Shown: one piece after another, positions 1-10,448 of the stretch
Layout of the letters: every line of letters starts with the position of its first letter
Numbering within the stretch: the first letter of the stretch is position 1
From: Nitrosopumilus sp.
GTDB taxonomy: Archaea > Thermoproteota > Nitrososphaeria > Nitrososphaerales > Nitrosopumilaceae
Direction of reading: 5' to 3'
Length of the DNA: 64,000 nucleotides
Assembly: GCA_965203315.1 (NCBI GenBank)
Contig: CBDBCE010000004.1
Coordinates: 32,001 to 96,000, forward strand
The notes under the pieces: model-generated
Databases searched by the model: none
Told to the model about the DNA's origin: nothing
The model's input: the letters and a program-made list of their open reading frames with translations, nothing else
Made by a program: the position numbers and the translations under genes

Positions 1-1215
1 GGCGTCTTTCTAGTCGCACGACTGGGTCCAATAGTATTTGCTCTAGCTGCTGCAGGAATACTTGCTGAGCAGTTCTTTGAGATTGTTGCATGGGTTGGTG
101 CAATTACTGCTCTCCTTCTTGCTACTCAAGGAATGGTAAATCCTGAGATCAAGAAGGTTCTTGCTTACTCTACTGGTTCTCAGATAGGATACATGATGAT
201 GGCACTCGGCGTTGCTGGTCTATCACACCAGTATGTTGATGGATACACAGCTGGCTTTTTCCATCTGATATCACACGCAATGTTCAAGGCATCACTGTTT
301 ATGGCAGCTGGCTCGCTATTACATGTAGTAGGATCTAGATTCATGACAGATATGGGCGGTCTTCGTAAACACATGAAGAAGACGTTTGCATTCATGTGGG
401 CTGCTGGATTGGGACTGATGGGAGCTCCGTTTATCACAACTGGCTTTTGGAGCAAAGATGCAATCTTTGCAGCAGTATACGAGTCTGGTAGTGAGTGGGC
501 AATTCCTCTATATGCTATTGCAGTTATTACCGCAATAATTACAGCATTCTATACCACACGTATGATTGGCATGGTCTTTTACGGCAAAAAGAGTAGACAC
601 ATAGAAAAGATGGAGCAAGGTGGTCACCACATCCATGAAGCATCACTATCCATGTGGGTTCCTTATGGAATACTAGCTGTATTGACTATTGGTATCGGAC
701 TGATTGGGCTCTCTGCCGAAGAGGGACTACATCATCTCTTTGAAGAGTATCTAGATCACTCGTTTGCGATACATACAGAACATTATGACAGTACATCTAC
801 GATACTGCCCGAGTTTCTTCAAGGACTCAATCCGGTTGCGTTAGGATCGTCGTTGGTTGCATTTGCGATCGGAATTGGTCTTGGATACATATTCTACATT
901 GGTAGATGGGCAGATCCTGTAAAGTTTGTAAACTCGAACATCTTTTTTTATGCATTACACAAGACTATGCTGAACAGATGGTATCTCAACGCAATAATCT
1001 ATTGGTGCTTTGTAGTTGCGCCTCTTTGGTTAGCACGTGCTGTGTTTAGATACTTTGAACGTACAGCGATGGACTATGGTATGAATAATGGGTTCCAAAA
1101 AGCGGTTGGCTGGGGTGCCAAAGTCGTCCAAGGAACACAAACAGGAGTATCACAGTCATATCTCTTTGTCTTTGGAGCAGGACTGCTCTTTGTAGTCTTG
1201 ATATTGATGATATAG
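1..1215 (+). CDS. nuoL: NADH-quinone oxidoreductase subunit L (5'-truncated by window)
   Basis: Frame open from base 1 (GVFLVAR...); IKKVLAYST, FHLISHAMFKASLF and GFWSKD motifs of NuoL/ND5. Confidence 0.95.
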   Translation, partial: GVFLVARLGPIVFALAAAGILAEQFFEIVAWVGAITALLLATQGMVNPEIKKVLAYSTGSQIGYMMMALGVAGLSHQYVDGYTAGFFHLISHAMFKASLFMAAGSLLHVVGSRFMTDMGGLRKHMKKTFAFMWAAGLGLMGAPFITTGFWSKDAIFAAVYESGSEWAIPLYAIAVITAIITAFYTTRMIGMVFYGKKSRHIEKMEQGGHHIHEASLSMWVPYGILAVLTIGIGLIGLSAEEGLHHLFEEYLDHSFAIHTEHYDSTSTILPEFLQGLNPVALGSSLVAFAIGIGLGYIFYIGRWADPVKFVNSNIFFYALHKTMLNRWYLNAIIYWCFVVAPLWLARAVFRYFERTAMDYGMNNGFQKAVGWGAKVVQGTQTGVSQSYLFVFGAGLLFVVLILMI

Positions 1216-2709
1216 GTGAGTATGATGATTGAACCAACCTCTACCCCACTAGTAATTATTGCAATACTGGGAACTGTCGGTATAATCCTACCTATAATCA
1301 GCATCGCAAGGCGAGAGAGTGGCTCCAACTCGTTCTATGCCGTAATTGCATTTGCGGCACTGATCCTATCTATGGGCCATGTTGGTTATCAGATGATCAC
1401 AGAACATGTAGTGCCTAGCGCTCTCTTTTCTGAAGATGTTCTAGTCGATGACGCATTTGGTGGGTTCTTTGCTATCGCAATGTTGATTGTCGCATTGTTT
1501 ACTACTGTTGGATCATTTAATTATATGCGTAAACACAACTCGCCTGCTGTATACTATTCTCTCATATTGTTATCTACAGTTGGCATGGTTCTTGTTGCAT
1601 ACTCTACTGATCTCGTAATGCTCTTTGTTGCATGGGAGTTGATGAGCATTCCAACATATGTTCTAGTCGGATTTGCAAAACGTAACCCCAGCTCAAACGA
1701 AGCAGCCCTCAAATACTTTCTGTTTGGAGCATTATCCTCTGCAATAATCGTATACGGTATATCTCTTGCATATGGTCTTACTGGATCTACTAACATTGGA
1801 GACGTTCTAGTCGGATTTGCAGCACTAGATCCATCACTACTGCCACTAGCTCTACTCTCTGTTGGAATGTTTATTGCAGGATTTGGTTTCAAGATGGGTC
1901 TCGTTCCATTTCATCAGTGGTTACCAGATACGTATGAGGGCGCTCCAGCTCCGATCACCGCACTCTTGGCTGCTGCTACAAAAAAGGCAGGATTTGCAGC
2001 AACAATCCGAATCGTTGTATTGGGGATGGTTGTACTCAACTTTGACTGGACACTTGCTCTTGGTGTACTTGCAGTTATGACCATGACCGTTGGCAATGTA
2101 GCAGCAATAATGCAAAAGAGTATTACACGAATGCTTGCATACTCTAGTATTGCTCATGCTGGATACATACTGATCGGACTTGCAGTTGCACCACATACTG
2201 CACTAGGTCTACAAGGTTCGTTGTATCAGATATTGAATCATGCTGTGATGAAGGGAGCTGCATTTATTGCAATAGCTGGTATCGTCACAACTCTTGCTGT
2301 AACACACATCGACAAACTACGTGGACTAGGACGTAGAATGCCTGTGACGTCATTGGGTCTAGTTGTGTCTCTGTTTGCTCTGGCTGGTGTTCCTCCGCTT
2401 GCTGGATTTTGGAGTAAGTTGATGCTATTTGGAGCAGCACTTGATGCCACTAGTGCAATATCTTGGGCTGCATGGCTTGCAATAGCTGGTGTTCTCAACT
2501 CTGCACTATCTCTTGCGTATTATGGTTGGTTAACTCGCAAGATGTACTTTGAAGGTGAGACAGAAAAGCGCACAAGAGAGCCACGTTCTGTAATGGGTGT
2601 TATGATCTCTGCTACTATATTTCTAGTCGCATTTGGTGTATATCCGGAACCAATATTGCAGTTAGTCGAGTTTGCAGCACCTGTCATTGATATCTCACAG
2701 CTTCCATAG
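1216..2709 (+). CDS. nuoN: NADH-quinone oxidoreductase subunit N
   Basis: EAALKYF, FKMGLVPFHQWLPDTYEGAP and RMLAYSSIAHAGY motifs; follows nuoL. Confidence 0.95.
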   Translation: MSMMIEPTSTPLVIIAILGTVGIILPIISIARRESGSNSFYAVIAFAALILSMGHVGYQMITEHVVPSALFSEDVLVDDAFGGFFAIAMLIVALFTTVGSFNYMRKHNSPAVYYSLILLSTVGMVLVAYSTDLVMLFVAWELMSIPTYVLVGFAKRNPSSNEAALKYFLFGALSSAIIVYGISLAYGLTGSTNIGDVLVGFAALDPSLLPLALLSVGMFIAGFGFKMGLVPFHQWLPDTYEGAPAPITALLAAATKKAGFAATIRIVVLGMVVLNFDWTLALGVLAVMTMTVGNVAAIMQKSITRMLAYSSIAHAGYILIGLAVAPHTALGLQGSLYQILNHAVMKGAAFIAIAGIVTTLAVTHIDKLRGLGRRMPVTSLGLVVSLFALAGVPPLAGFWSKLMLFGAALDATSAISWAAWLAIAGVLNSALSLAYYGWLTRKMYFEGETEKRTREPRSVMGVMISATIFLVAFGVYPEPILQLVEFAAPVIDISQLP

Positions 2710-2873
2710 TCTGCTGGACGCAAATGCACTCTCGAGTTTGCAATATTTGTTGTTTGATGGGTATTATGCACAATTCTCATATGGCATGTTTATAGTTAAA
2801 CAAAGCGATTGGGGGGGGTGGGTGGGATTATCGCGCCTCCAAACTATTGTTGAGTAATTTGAAAGTCGTAAAT

Positions 2874-2985
2874 GGATACAATTTTTTGATTCATCTGTAA
2901 TTACACTTCACAAGACTTTTTCACTACTAAATTCTCATAGTACTTTTTCTGTAAAAATTCCATCAGGTGTAAATCAAAGAGATCC
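2874..2985. mobile_element. Degenerate copy of ~110-bp MITE family
   Basis: Right end GTAAATCAAAGAGATCC and internal CAAGACTTTT...CTTTTTCTGT match the 49133-49246 copy; left end decayed. Confidence 0.55.
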
Positions 2986-3058
2986 TTTGATAGTGATTAT
3001 GTCACGTTGGCAGATTCAGTTCTTGAGATACTAAAACATTCACCTATGCGATTCAAAT

Positions 3059-3931
3059 CTATCCCTTAAATGATGTAAACTGGATCAGATTATCTAGATC
3101 GTTCTTTGCTTTACAGTCTGAAATAGATCGTAGTCCAGAACGTGCTCTGTCTGTATATTTCTTTAAGAGCTCTTCCATCATGTCAAATACGTCTCTTGGA
3201 TCTGAACTTTTCTTGATCAATAGATTGAACAACTTGTCTTCGTTCTTCCAGTCTAACAGATCGTCTCGGATCTGATATGCTATTCCTATGTTCTTACCGT
3301 ACTCTGTTAATGATGCAATCTGATCCTCTCTTCCTCCCGCAATTATTGCACCCGTCCTTGCGGCAACCTCGAATGCAGTAGCAGTCTTGTACTCTATAAC
3401 TTTGAGATAGTCATCAAATGTTAGATCCTCACTAGTCTCTAACCTGTTCTCGATCATCTCACCTTCACTCATTAGCATGGCAGTCGTAGCCAAGTCCTTC
3501 GTTATTCTTGGATTGTCAAGTCTAGATGAGATTGCAAGGATCAACCCCAGAACAAAGTCTCCTGTAAGAATACTGGTATTGTATCCATATTTTATGTGAA
3601 AGGGATCTTTTTGTCTACGCACCGTCTCGTTATCTATGATATCATCATGTATTATCGACTCCATGTGTAGAAACTCAACTGCACATGCTGCTGCCAACGT
3701 ATTATCGTCTACGTTACCAACTGACTCGGCAGACAAGATCAATATCAGAGGTCTGATTCGTTTTCCTCCTTCCAGTGAGTATCTTAGTGGATCTATGAAC
3801 TCTGATTCGGAGTATAGACGTAACTCCGACTCTAGAGCATCGTTGATCTTTTGAATATACTTGTCACAAGACTCATGTAATGGATTGATCTCAATGTTCT
3901 TTCGATCCAATTGATCAAAAACCTTACTCAT
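3059..3931 (-). CDS. Polyprenyl diphosphate synthase (GGPP synthase family)
   Basis: GGKRIRP, first Asp-rich motif HDDIID, second motif YQIRDDLLD. Confidence 0.92.
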   Translation of the reverse strand: MSKVFDQLDRKNIEINPLHESCDKYIQKINDALESELRLYSESEFIDPLRYSLEGGKRIRPLILILSAESVGNVDDNTLAAACAVEFLHMESIIHDDIIDNETVRRQKDPFHIKYGYNTSILTGDFVLGLILAISSRLDNPRITKDLATTAMLMSEGEMIENRLETSEDLTFDDYLKVIEYKTATAFEVAARTGAIIAGGREDQIASLTEYGKNIGIAYQIRDDLLDWKNEDKLFNLLIKKSSDPRDVFDMMEELLKKYTDRARSGLRSISDCKAKNDLDNLIQFTSFKG

Positions 3932-3945
3932 TAGTAATTAAATCT

Positions 3946-4039
3946 TGGTGCTCCAGCCGGGACTTTCATCACTTGATTTTGAACCCGGGATCACTGCCTT
4001 GAAAGGGCAGTATGCTTGACCGGTCTACACCACTGGAAC
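3946..4039 (-). tRNA. tRNA-Glu(TTC) with 15-nt intron at position 59/60 (3963-3977), encoded CCA
   Basis: Acceptor GTTCCAG/CTGGAGC, anticodon arm CTGCC-CTTTCAA-GGCAG; T-loop interrupted by a bulge-helix-bulge intron. Confidence 0.9.
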
Positions 4040-4315
4040 CCAGTCAAAGTTTATCTCTTAACCATAAAATCTTTTGTAGTGTGATGTCATCGATGTGAGT
4101 TGCTTTACGTCTCTACAATTTCCCCCCTGTTATCAGTTAGGAATGGTTTTGCAGATCTTTAGATATCATCCTTTCAAGCACCGTCAAGAAAATACTGTCG
4201 TGTGCGTGACCACTCTGTCAAAACATGCCTCTGAGTATCTATTGCGAAGCAAGTTTCCTGAGATGTAATATGCAGATCTTTTGAAATTGATATATGTCGA
4301 TGCTGTGTGAAGTTC

Positions 4316-4368
4316 ATGAACAAATTGTTCATTAGGGTTAAATACAAACTCTTGATGAGATTATCAAT
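4316..4368 (+). promoter_or_regulatory. S-layer gene 1 promoter: palindrome ATGAACAAATTGTTCAT, TATA-like TTAAATA, TTGAT-N6-ATCAA
   Basis: 17-bp inverted repeat at 4316-4332; the same block precedes the second S-layer gene. Confidence 0.65.
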
Positions 4369-4371
4369 AAC

Positions 4372-7300
4372 ATGAATAACGAAATAGGACGAAAAACAAC
4401 TAGTTTAATACTAATGACAATAATGGTCGCAGGCGGACTGACCTTTGCTATACCAAGCATGGAGCCAGTCTATGCCCAGTCGACACCAAACTTGTACGTG
4501 TCAGCTGTTAGTGAAAAGTTTGACAACACCTTTGGCGGACTCCAAATTATAGAGGTCGTTGTATCTGATCCGCTAATAACTGATGAGGGAGATGCAGCTC
4601 CCAGAGTTACTGTTGATGACGAAGATCTCCCAATGCATCATGCTGGAGACGGCTCGTGGTATGGTTGGTTTATGGATAAAGACAGAGACGCCAATGATGA
4701 TGGCGACGTTCTCGATATAGTTGAGGGAGATTATGACTATGCAAATAAATTATCCGAGTTTAAACAACTTAATTTCCCAGAAAATAGAGGCAATACAGCA
4801 AAGATAGCACCAGAATTTCTATACCTTGATCTTGACTATGGTGAAGAGATCGACGTAGTGTATAACAAAGCTGGAAACCCTCAAACGGTAACACTCACAT
4901 ACGACAAATCTAAAAACAACTCTATCGAACTTGATCGGGACTTTTACACACCTGGCGCAGAGGTACATGTTACAATTACTGACCATGTACTCAATATAGA
5001 TCCAACTAGCAAAGATGTCTGGCAGTTTCCTACGATCGACAGCACTAGTAGTACATACCCTTGGATGAAAGTAGGTGAAGCCATGGGAAGATTGAAACTA
5101 AATCCAGAGACAAATTATGTTGGCATGTATGCAACACAACTCGGTTGTGACGATGATTGTGCTCTTAGAATTCCGGTAGGTACTACAGAGAATGTAATAA
5201 CGTTTGTACCATCATCTTATACTGTAGCCGAGAATTATTTCACAAATGCGGTTCTATTCATCGAAACTGGACCAAACACTGGTGTCTTTGAGTTGATTAG
5301 TGATCGCAAGGACGCGAACGACAATCCAGCTAATAAGATAATGATCAAATCAGATGCACCACGAAACACCAATACGCAGATTATATACGATCAGGATAAC
5401 GTAGCCGTAAACGTACGACTAACTGCTGCTACAGTAAACCTAGATATCGAGGACGGCACGTGGAACTCTGGCGAAAAGATAGACCTAACCGTAGTCGATG
5501 CAGATCAAAACAAAGACAGTGATGCAGAAGACGATCAAAAGGTATCTGATCCCATGTCAAGAATTCCTACATTCATCACCGGCGATCCGCATACACTAAT
5601 GGACAGTAAAGACAAGTCTGCACATACATATACGCAGGCAGGTTCCACTTGGCAGAAATATCCAATAGATCCAAATGATCGGATATACGTACGTGACTTA
5701 GATTTTAGAGTCGATGATAGTCATAGGGGAATACTGTCGTGGAATGGTTCAAATAATGTTCGCGATAAAGAACCGCTTGCACTTGCAGGAGTACATAGCA
5801 GCTTTGTTGGAGGGTTGTTTACTATTCCTTTAGGTACGCTAGGTGAACTACGTGAATCAATCCATGATGATCACACCACTAGGGGAGATTTTACAGGACG
5901 GAATCTATTCAACTATGACTTTAGCGTCTTCGATACAAACAACATACGTGTTGATCTAAACATACACAACAGTACAGGAGATGTAGTTTACTTTGAAACG
6001 CTGCTAGATAATAGCGACAGTAGACTCTCCGCGTATGATGTCACCTCTGGTATTAGAGATATAACCGGCTTTATGGTCAAAGATAGAAACAACGAGACTC
6101 TGACATATTCACTATCTAGTTCTGAATTTCTATCAAAGGTCGGTACTGACGCTCAAGTCACACTGGAAATAATACTCAAAGACGGAAATGCCTACACCAC
6201 ACCAGCATTTACTATCACCGAAGGCAAAGAATATCCCATAGTCGCAGATTTCTTCTCATATGGATTCTATGACGATGGCGCACAAGCAGGCGAGAGAGTT
6301 GCAAACCAAATCATACGAGTCGAGGTAGAAGAGACCGGTGACAACACTAGTACCTTTACAGGAACACTAGAGTACATCATGATAAACCAGCTTGATATGA
6401 TAGTGACTGATACTCTAGTAACTGGTGCTAATGTGACTGTAAATGGCAATCAATTACCATCATATCCAAGAACAGATTACATATTCGACAGCATTACACC
6501 AATAGGCAACGAAGTAAAATTCATCGCCTTTGAAGACATCACAGGCTCTGACGCGCGAGTAAACTATGCAGACATAGACTCGAACGGCAACATGGCTGTG
6601 GTCTCTGACCAACAAGATATCGCAACCTCTAGTGGTGTGGTATCTCTGAATGCAGAGACATACAGTGTAGGCAGCAATGTCGTAATAACACTAGAAGACG
6701 CAGACTTGAATACAGATCCTGATCGTGCAGATACCTATACCGTAGTGATGGACAGTACCAACATGGATCCAGATAGAGATCAAGTAGGCATGAATGTAAC
6801 CAATGTATCTGGCATCGAGTACGAATCTCTACTGCCAGGCGACAAATCACTAGGAATGCTCCTAGAGGTGACCATTGGTGGCGAGAGATGGAAATCCGGA
6901 TGTACACCTAGTATTAGTGGACTTGGTGCAACAGGATTTACTCTACAAGAGACAGGATCCAGCACAGGAGTCTTTACAGGTTCATTTGCTATACCAAAAG
7001 ATGTATGCATGGATAACAAGAAAGTAGGCGTAAGCGGCAAAGACATTGGTGTAACATATCTAGACTTTAGAGATGCATCTGGTCAGATAGTCACTGCTGG
7101 TGACTCTGCATCGATTGGTGCAAGTACAGGCTCTGTATCTCTAGATAGAACTGTATATCCAGTTCCGTATGGTCAGGGTACAACAACTGGTTCAAGAGCC
7201 CTAGACATGGCCGGAGCAAATCTTGCAGGCGGTACAGTCAAAGTCTATGTTCAAGTAAACGATCCAGATTACAACTTGAATCCTACAGGTGAGGACAAGA

Positions 7301-9276
7301 TCGAAGACGAGGACGGAAATGGTCCAGTAAAGGTCACGATCTCCCGCAGTGGTGACGAGTGTCTAATAGGTCACGCAGGCGGTGAGACATCAATCGCAAC
7401 CGACGAGATCAGTAGATTGTTAGAAGATCGAAATACAAAGAAAGCTAGCTATGATGCAGACAAGACAAACACTGACAAACAGACAGCATATCTCTTGGCA
7501 CAACTAAAGTATGATGATGCTAGAAGTACAGGTGGTGCATGTCCGGTTCCAGAACCGTTTGGTGCTCTAACGGAGACATCTCCTGAATCAGGAGTGTTCG
7601 AAGTAAGCTTTGATCTATCTTACAAGATAGGACCAAGCAGTACCGACTGTCCAGCTACTGGAGATAGCCGTACATGTATCCTACAGGGGGATATCCTCAC
7701 CGTACAGTACAACGACACTACAGATGCTTCTGGTAATCCACGTACAGTCACAGACTCTGCTACCTTTGATCTACGAAACGGTGCTCTACAGACAGACAAG
7801 TCTGTATACGTTATAGGCTCGGACATGATCGTAACACTCATCGATCCAGACCTTGATCTAGACAGCGGTACACGCGAAACATACACACTTGATCTAATAA
7901 AGTGGGACTCGGACGCAGGTACCAAGAATCTGAGTGAAGGTATATTCGATGCAGAACCAGGTTCTCTACGAGAGACTGGTCCTAGCACAGGCATATTCCA
8001 AGTGGTCATATCTGTTCCCAAGGCCATAGACAACGACAGACTAGAACGAGGCGAAGAGATCAAGCTAGAATACACCGACTATGGACCATCAGGTGCAGAC
8101 TATGTAGGTGATAATACAGAAGATATCGACAGAACGGTATTCACATCAAACTTTGGTGCTACAATAGAACTAGATCAAAGTGTATACAGTTGGACCGACA
8201 AGGTATTCATCACTGTAACAGCTCCTGATCACAACCTAAACACAAACCAAGTAGACGAGATTGGTGCTGATCCATATCCAGTGCGTGTTGCTACAAGATC
8301 CGACGACATTAAAAACTACAAACTCGTAGAGACAGGTACAAACACTGGTATCTTTACAGGTGAAGTAATACTGACAGGATTCTCGTACGACGCAGACGGT
8401 GATGATTCCACAGGAGAAAACGGTAAAGACGTCACAGGTCGTACATGTGATAGATGTAATGGACCAACCGATGGACTATTACCAACAGACAACGACGACG
8501 GACTCGAGGTATCATTCGAGTTCTCTGACGACGAGACTGTACGCAAGTCTGCTCTAATCCGTTGGAACATTGGTGAAGTTCAGTGGCTAGAAGCAAGTTA
8601 TCCTGCTACAGCTACAGGCGTACTACGTGTAATCGATCCCGACATGAACTTGAATCCAGAATCTGCAGACAACTTTGAGGTCAAAGTATGGTCTTCTAGT
8701 GCACCTAGTGGAATAACCCTTACAGTAACAGAGACTCAACCAGCAAGTGGTATCTTTGAAGGTACTGTATTCTTTGGACTCTCTGTCCAATCAGGCGGTC
8801 ACAAACTATCCACAGAAGAAGGAGACACAGTCACTGCAAAGTACAGCGACAACACTCTACCTGCTCCATACAGTAAAGGCGACTCTGAAGACATCACTGC
8901 AACCACCATAATAGGAACAATAGTACCTCCTCTAGAACGAGTAAAGATCGAGTCGTTGAGAATAGTAGACTCTACAGGTACAACACTCAGTACGGTATCA
9001 ATAGATCAACAAGTCCAGATCACTGCAGATTTGACAAACACACAAGACAAAGACCAGCCATTTGCATACTTGGTACAAATTCAAGATAGCGATGGCGTAA
9101 CTGTATCTCTGTCTTGGATTGATGGTTCATTGACACCATCTCAATCGTTTAGTCCATCTCAGTCTTGGATACCAACAGCGCCAGGCGAATACACAATCAC
9201 CGTATTTGCATGGGAGTCGTTGACTATACCAACTGCACTATCTCCACAACAGACAACAACAATAACTGTAAACTAG
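4372..9276 (+). CDS. Thaumarchaeal S-layer protein, paralogue 1 (1634 aa)
   Basis: Signal peptide MNNEIGRKTTSLILMTIMVAGG, repeated ETG.NTG.F.G Ig-like motifs, C-terminal QPFAYLVQIQD...SWIP...VWES-type domain typical of Nitrosopumilus S-layer proteins. Confidence 0.88.
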   Translation: MNNEIGRKTTSLILMTIMVAGGLTFAIPSMEPVYAQSTPNLYVSAVSEKFDNTFGGLQIIEVVVSDPLITDEGDAAPRVTVDDEDLPMHHAGDGSWYGWFMDKDRDANDDGDVLDIVEGDYDYANKLSEFKQLNFPENRGNTAKIAPEFLYLDLDYGEEIDVVYNKAGNPQTVTLTYDKSKNNSIELDRDFYTPGAEVHVTITDHVLNIDPTSKDVWQFPTIDSTSSTYPWMKVGEAMGRLKLNPETNYVGMYATQLGCDDDCALRIPVGTTENVITFVPSSYTVAENYFTNAVLFIETGPNTGVFELISDRKDANDNPANKIMIKSDAPRNTNTQIIYDQDNVAVNVRLTAATVNLDIEDGTWNSGEKIDLTVVDADQNKDSDAEDDQKVSDPMSRIPTFITGDPHTLMDSKDKSAHTYTQAGSTWQKYPIDPNDRIYVRDLDFRVDDSHRGILSWNGSNNVRDKEPLALAGVHSSFVGGLFTIPLGTLGELRESIHDDHTTRGDFTGRNLFNYDFSVFDTNNIRVDLNIHNSTGDVVYFETLLDNSDSRLSAYDVTSGIRDITGFMVKDRNNETLTYSLSSSEFLSKVGTDAQVTLEIILKDGNAYTTPAFTITEGKEYPIVADFFSYGFYDDGAQAGERVANQIIRVEVEETGDNTSTFTGTLEYIMINQLDMIVTDTLVTGANVTVNGNQLPSYPRTDYIFDSITPIGNEVKFIAFEDITGSDARVNYADIDSNGNMAVVSDQQDIATSSGVVSLNAETYSVGSNVVITLEDADLNTDPDRADTYTVVMDSTNMDPDRDQVGMNVTNVSGIEYESLLPGDKSLGMLLEVTIGGERWKSGCTPSISGLGATGFTLQETGSSTGVFTGSFAIPKDVCMDNKKVGVSGKDIGVTYLDFRDASGQIVTAGDSASIGASTGSVSLDRTVYPVPYGQGTTTGSRALDMAGANLAGGTVKVYVQVNDPDYNLNPTGEDKIEDEDGNGPVKVTISRSGDECLIGHAGGETSIATDEISRLLEDRNTKKASYDADKTNTDKQTAYLLAQLKYDDARSTGGACPVPEPFGALTETSPESGVFEVSFDLSYKIGPSSTDCPATGDSRTCILQGDILTVQYNDTTDASGNPRTVTDSATFDLRNGALQTDKSVYVIGSDMIVTLIDPDLDLDSGTRETYTLDLIKWDSDAGTKNLSEGIFDAEPGSLRETGPSTGIFQVVISVPKAIDNDRLERGEEIKLEYTDYGPSGADYVGDNTEDIDRTVFTSNFGATIELDQSVYSWTDKVFITVTAPDHNLNTNQVDEIGADPYPVRVATRSDDIKNYKLVETGTNTGIFTGEVILTGFSYDADGDDSTGENGKDVTGRTCDRCNGPTDGLLPTDNDDGLEVSFEFSDDETVRKSALIRWNIGEVQWLEASYPATATGVLRVIDPDMNLNPESADNFEVKVWSSSAPSGITLTVTETQPASGIFEGTVFFGLSVQSGGHKLSTEEGDTVTAKYSDNTLPAPYSKGDSEDITATTIIGTIVPPLERVKIESLRIVDSTGTTLSTVSIDQQVQITADLTNTQDKDQPFAYLVQIQDSDGVTVSLSWIDGSLTPSQSFSPSQSWIPTAPGEYTITVFAWESLTIPTALSPQQTTTITVN

Positions 9277-9575
9277 TTCAAACCTTCTTTTTTTCTTTTT
9301 TTATATGATATAATAATGCACAGTAATAGCTGCATATGGTAAAGATAACAGTAACCGTATGTGATAGTACTACATACATCACGTTATAATACAATGATCT
9401 CTACTCTTACATTATACAATACTGCTCATTCACAAGATACTTGATATGAGAGATCTGAACTTGGTGTGTGGTCAATAGACTATAAACATCATGCTAAACT
9501 TTGCACAGGCACATTGCACAGCCTGTACCAATTATTCATGTTATTGATAATCTCATCAAGAGTTTAGCTAATTGG
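9277..9575 (+). repeat. Oligo-T terminator plus ~300-bp noncoding tail duplicated (diverged) after S-layer gene 2
   Basis: Shared blocks such as GATCTCTACTC, CTCATTCACAAGATACTTGATA, CCTGTAC and CATGTTATTGATA also occur at 23211-23488. Confidence 0.75.
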
Positions 9576-9715
9576 GAATGTGTGTACGCGATTAGATAGA
9601 TCATATAACGAATATCAAAAAAATCAGGTATTTCGTATAACCTTCTATTTTGTTGTCCGCCTGATCGCCATCTTTTATAACAAAGATTTTTTACTACCTT
9701 TTCTGTAGAGTTCGT

Positions 9716-10339
9716 ATGGATATCACACAGATAAATAGACTAGTGGAACAATATAGTCTGCTAAAACACCCATTTTACCAAATGTGGTCAGATGGCAAGC
9801 TCACACTCGAATCTCTATCAGGATACTCTAAAGAATACTTTCAACTAGTAAAATCTGTTCCAGTGTTTATGGATCCTATAGTGTCAAAAGCACCAAAACA
9901 TTGGGTTGACGAATTAGTTGCAAATCAGCAAGAAGAACAAGATCATATTACGCCTTGGATATCTTTTGCAACACACTTGGGCATATCTGAAGATGAGTTG
10001 TTGTCATATACAGGCACAACTGAGACTAGACAAGCTATATCTGATATGAATACGCTGATGCAGACTTTTGAGTCAGGTGCTATTGCAATGTATGCATTTG
10101 AGAAAGAGATTCCAAAGATCAGCCAAACCAAACTTGACGGACTAGGTACATTCTATAATATCACTGACAAGGCAGCAACTCGTTACTTTGAGTTACATAC
10201 AGAAGCTGACGTACGACACGCTCGTTCATGGCAACAGATAATCGAAGAGATCCCTAATGATGATGTACGTTCGGCAGAAGAGTCATTGATAGCTCAGAAT
10301 TTGCTTTTAGATGGATGTTACAAAAACTATTGCTCATAA
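9716..10339 (+). CDS. CADD/PqqC-like heme-oxygenase-like diiron protein
   Basis: HPFYQMWSDGKLT, EEQDH, YAFE, KLDGL and YFELHTEADVRH match the CADD/PqqC/TenA-fold metal ligands. Confidence 0.8.
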   Translation: MDITQINRLVEQYSLLKHPFYQMWSDGKLTLESLSGYSKEYFQLVKSVPVFMDPIVSKAPKHWVDELVANQQEEQDHITPWISFATHLGISEDELLSYTGTTETRQAISDMNTLMQTFESGAIAMYAFEKEIPKISQTKLDGLGTFYNITDKAATRYFELHTEADVRHARSWQQIIEEIPNDDVRSAEESLIAQNLLLDGCYKNYCS

Positions 10340-10374
10340 CATTTTATACCTAAAGACGGTTTTGAATTGTTGTG

Positions 10375-10448
10375 GGGCCCGTAACTCAGCTTGGTAGAGT
10401 GGCCGGCTCATAACCGGCAAGCCAAGGGATCGAAGCCCTTCGGGCCCA
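10375..10448 (+). tRNA. tRNA with CAT anticodon, probably tRNA-Ile2 (otherwise Met)
   Basis: GGGCCCG/CGGGCCC acceptor, GCCGG-CTCATAA-CCGGC arm; a GGGCCC acceptor is typical of archaeal Ile tRNAs. Confidence 0.88.

Noticed and set aside
7620-8570. Antisense ORFs repeated in both S-layer genes
   Set aside because: Shadow frames duplicated along with the host gene.
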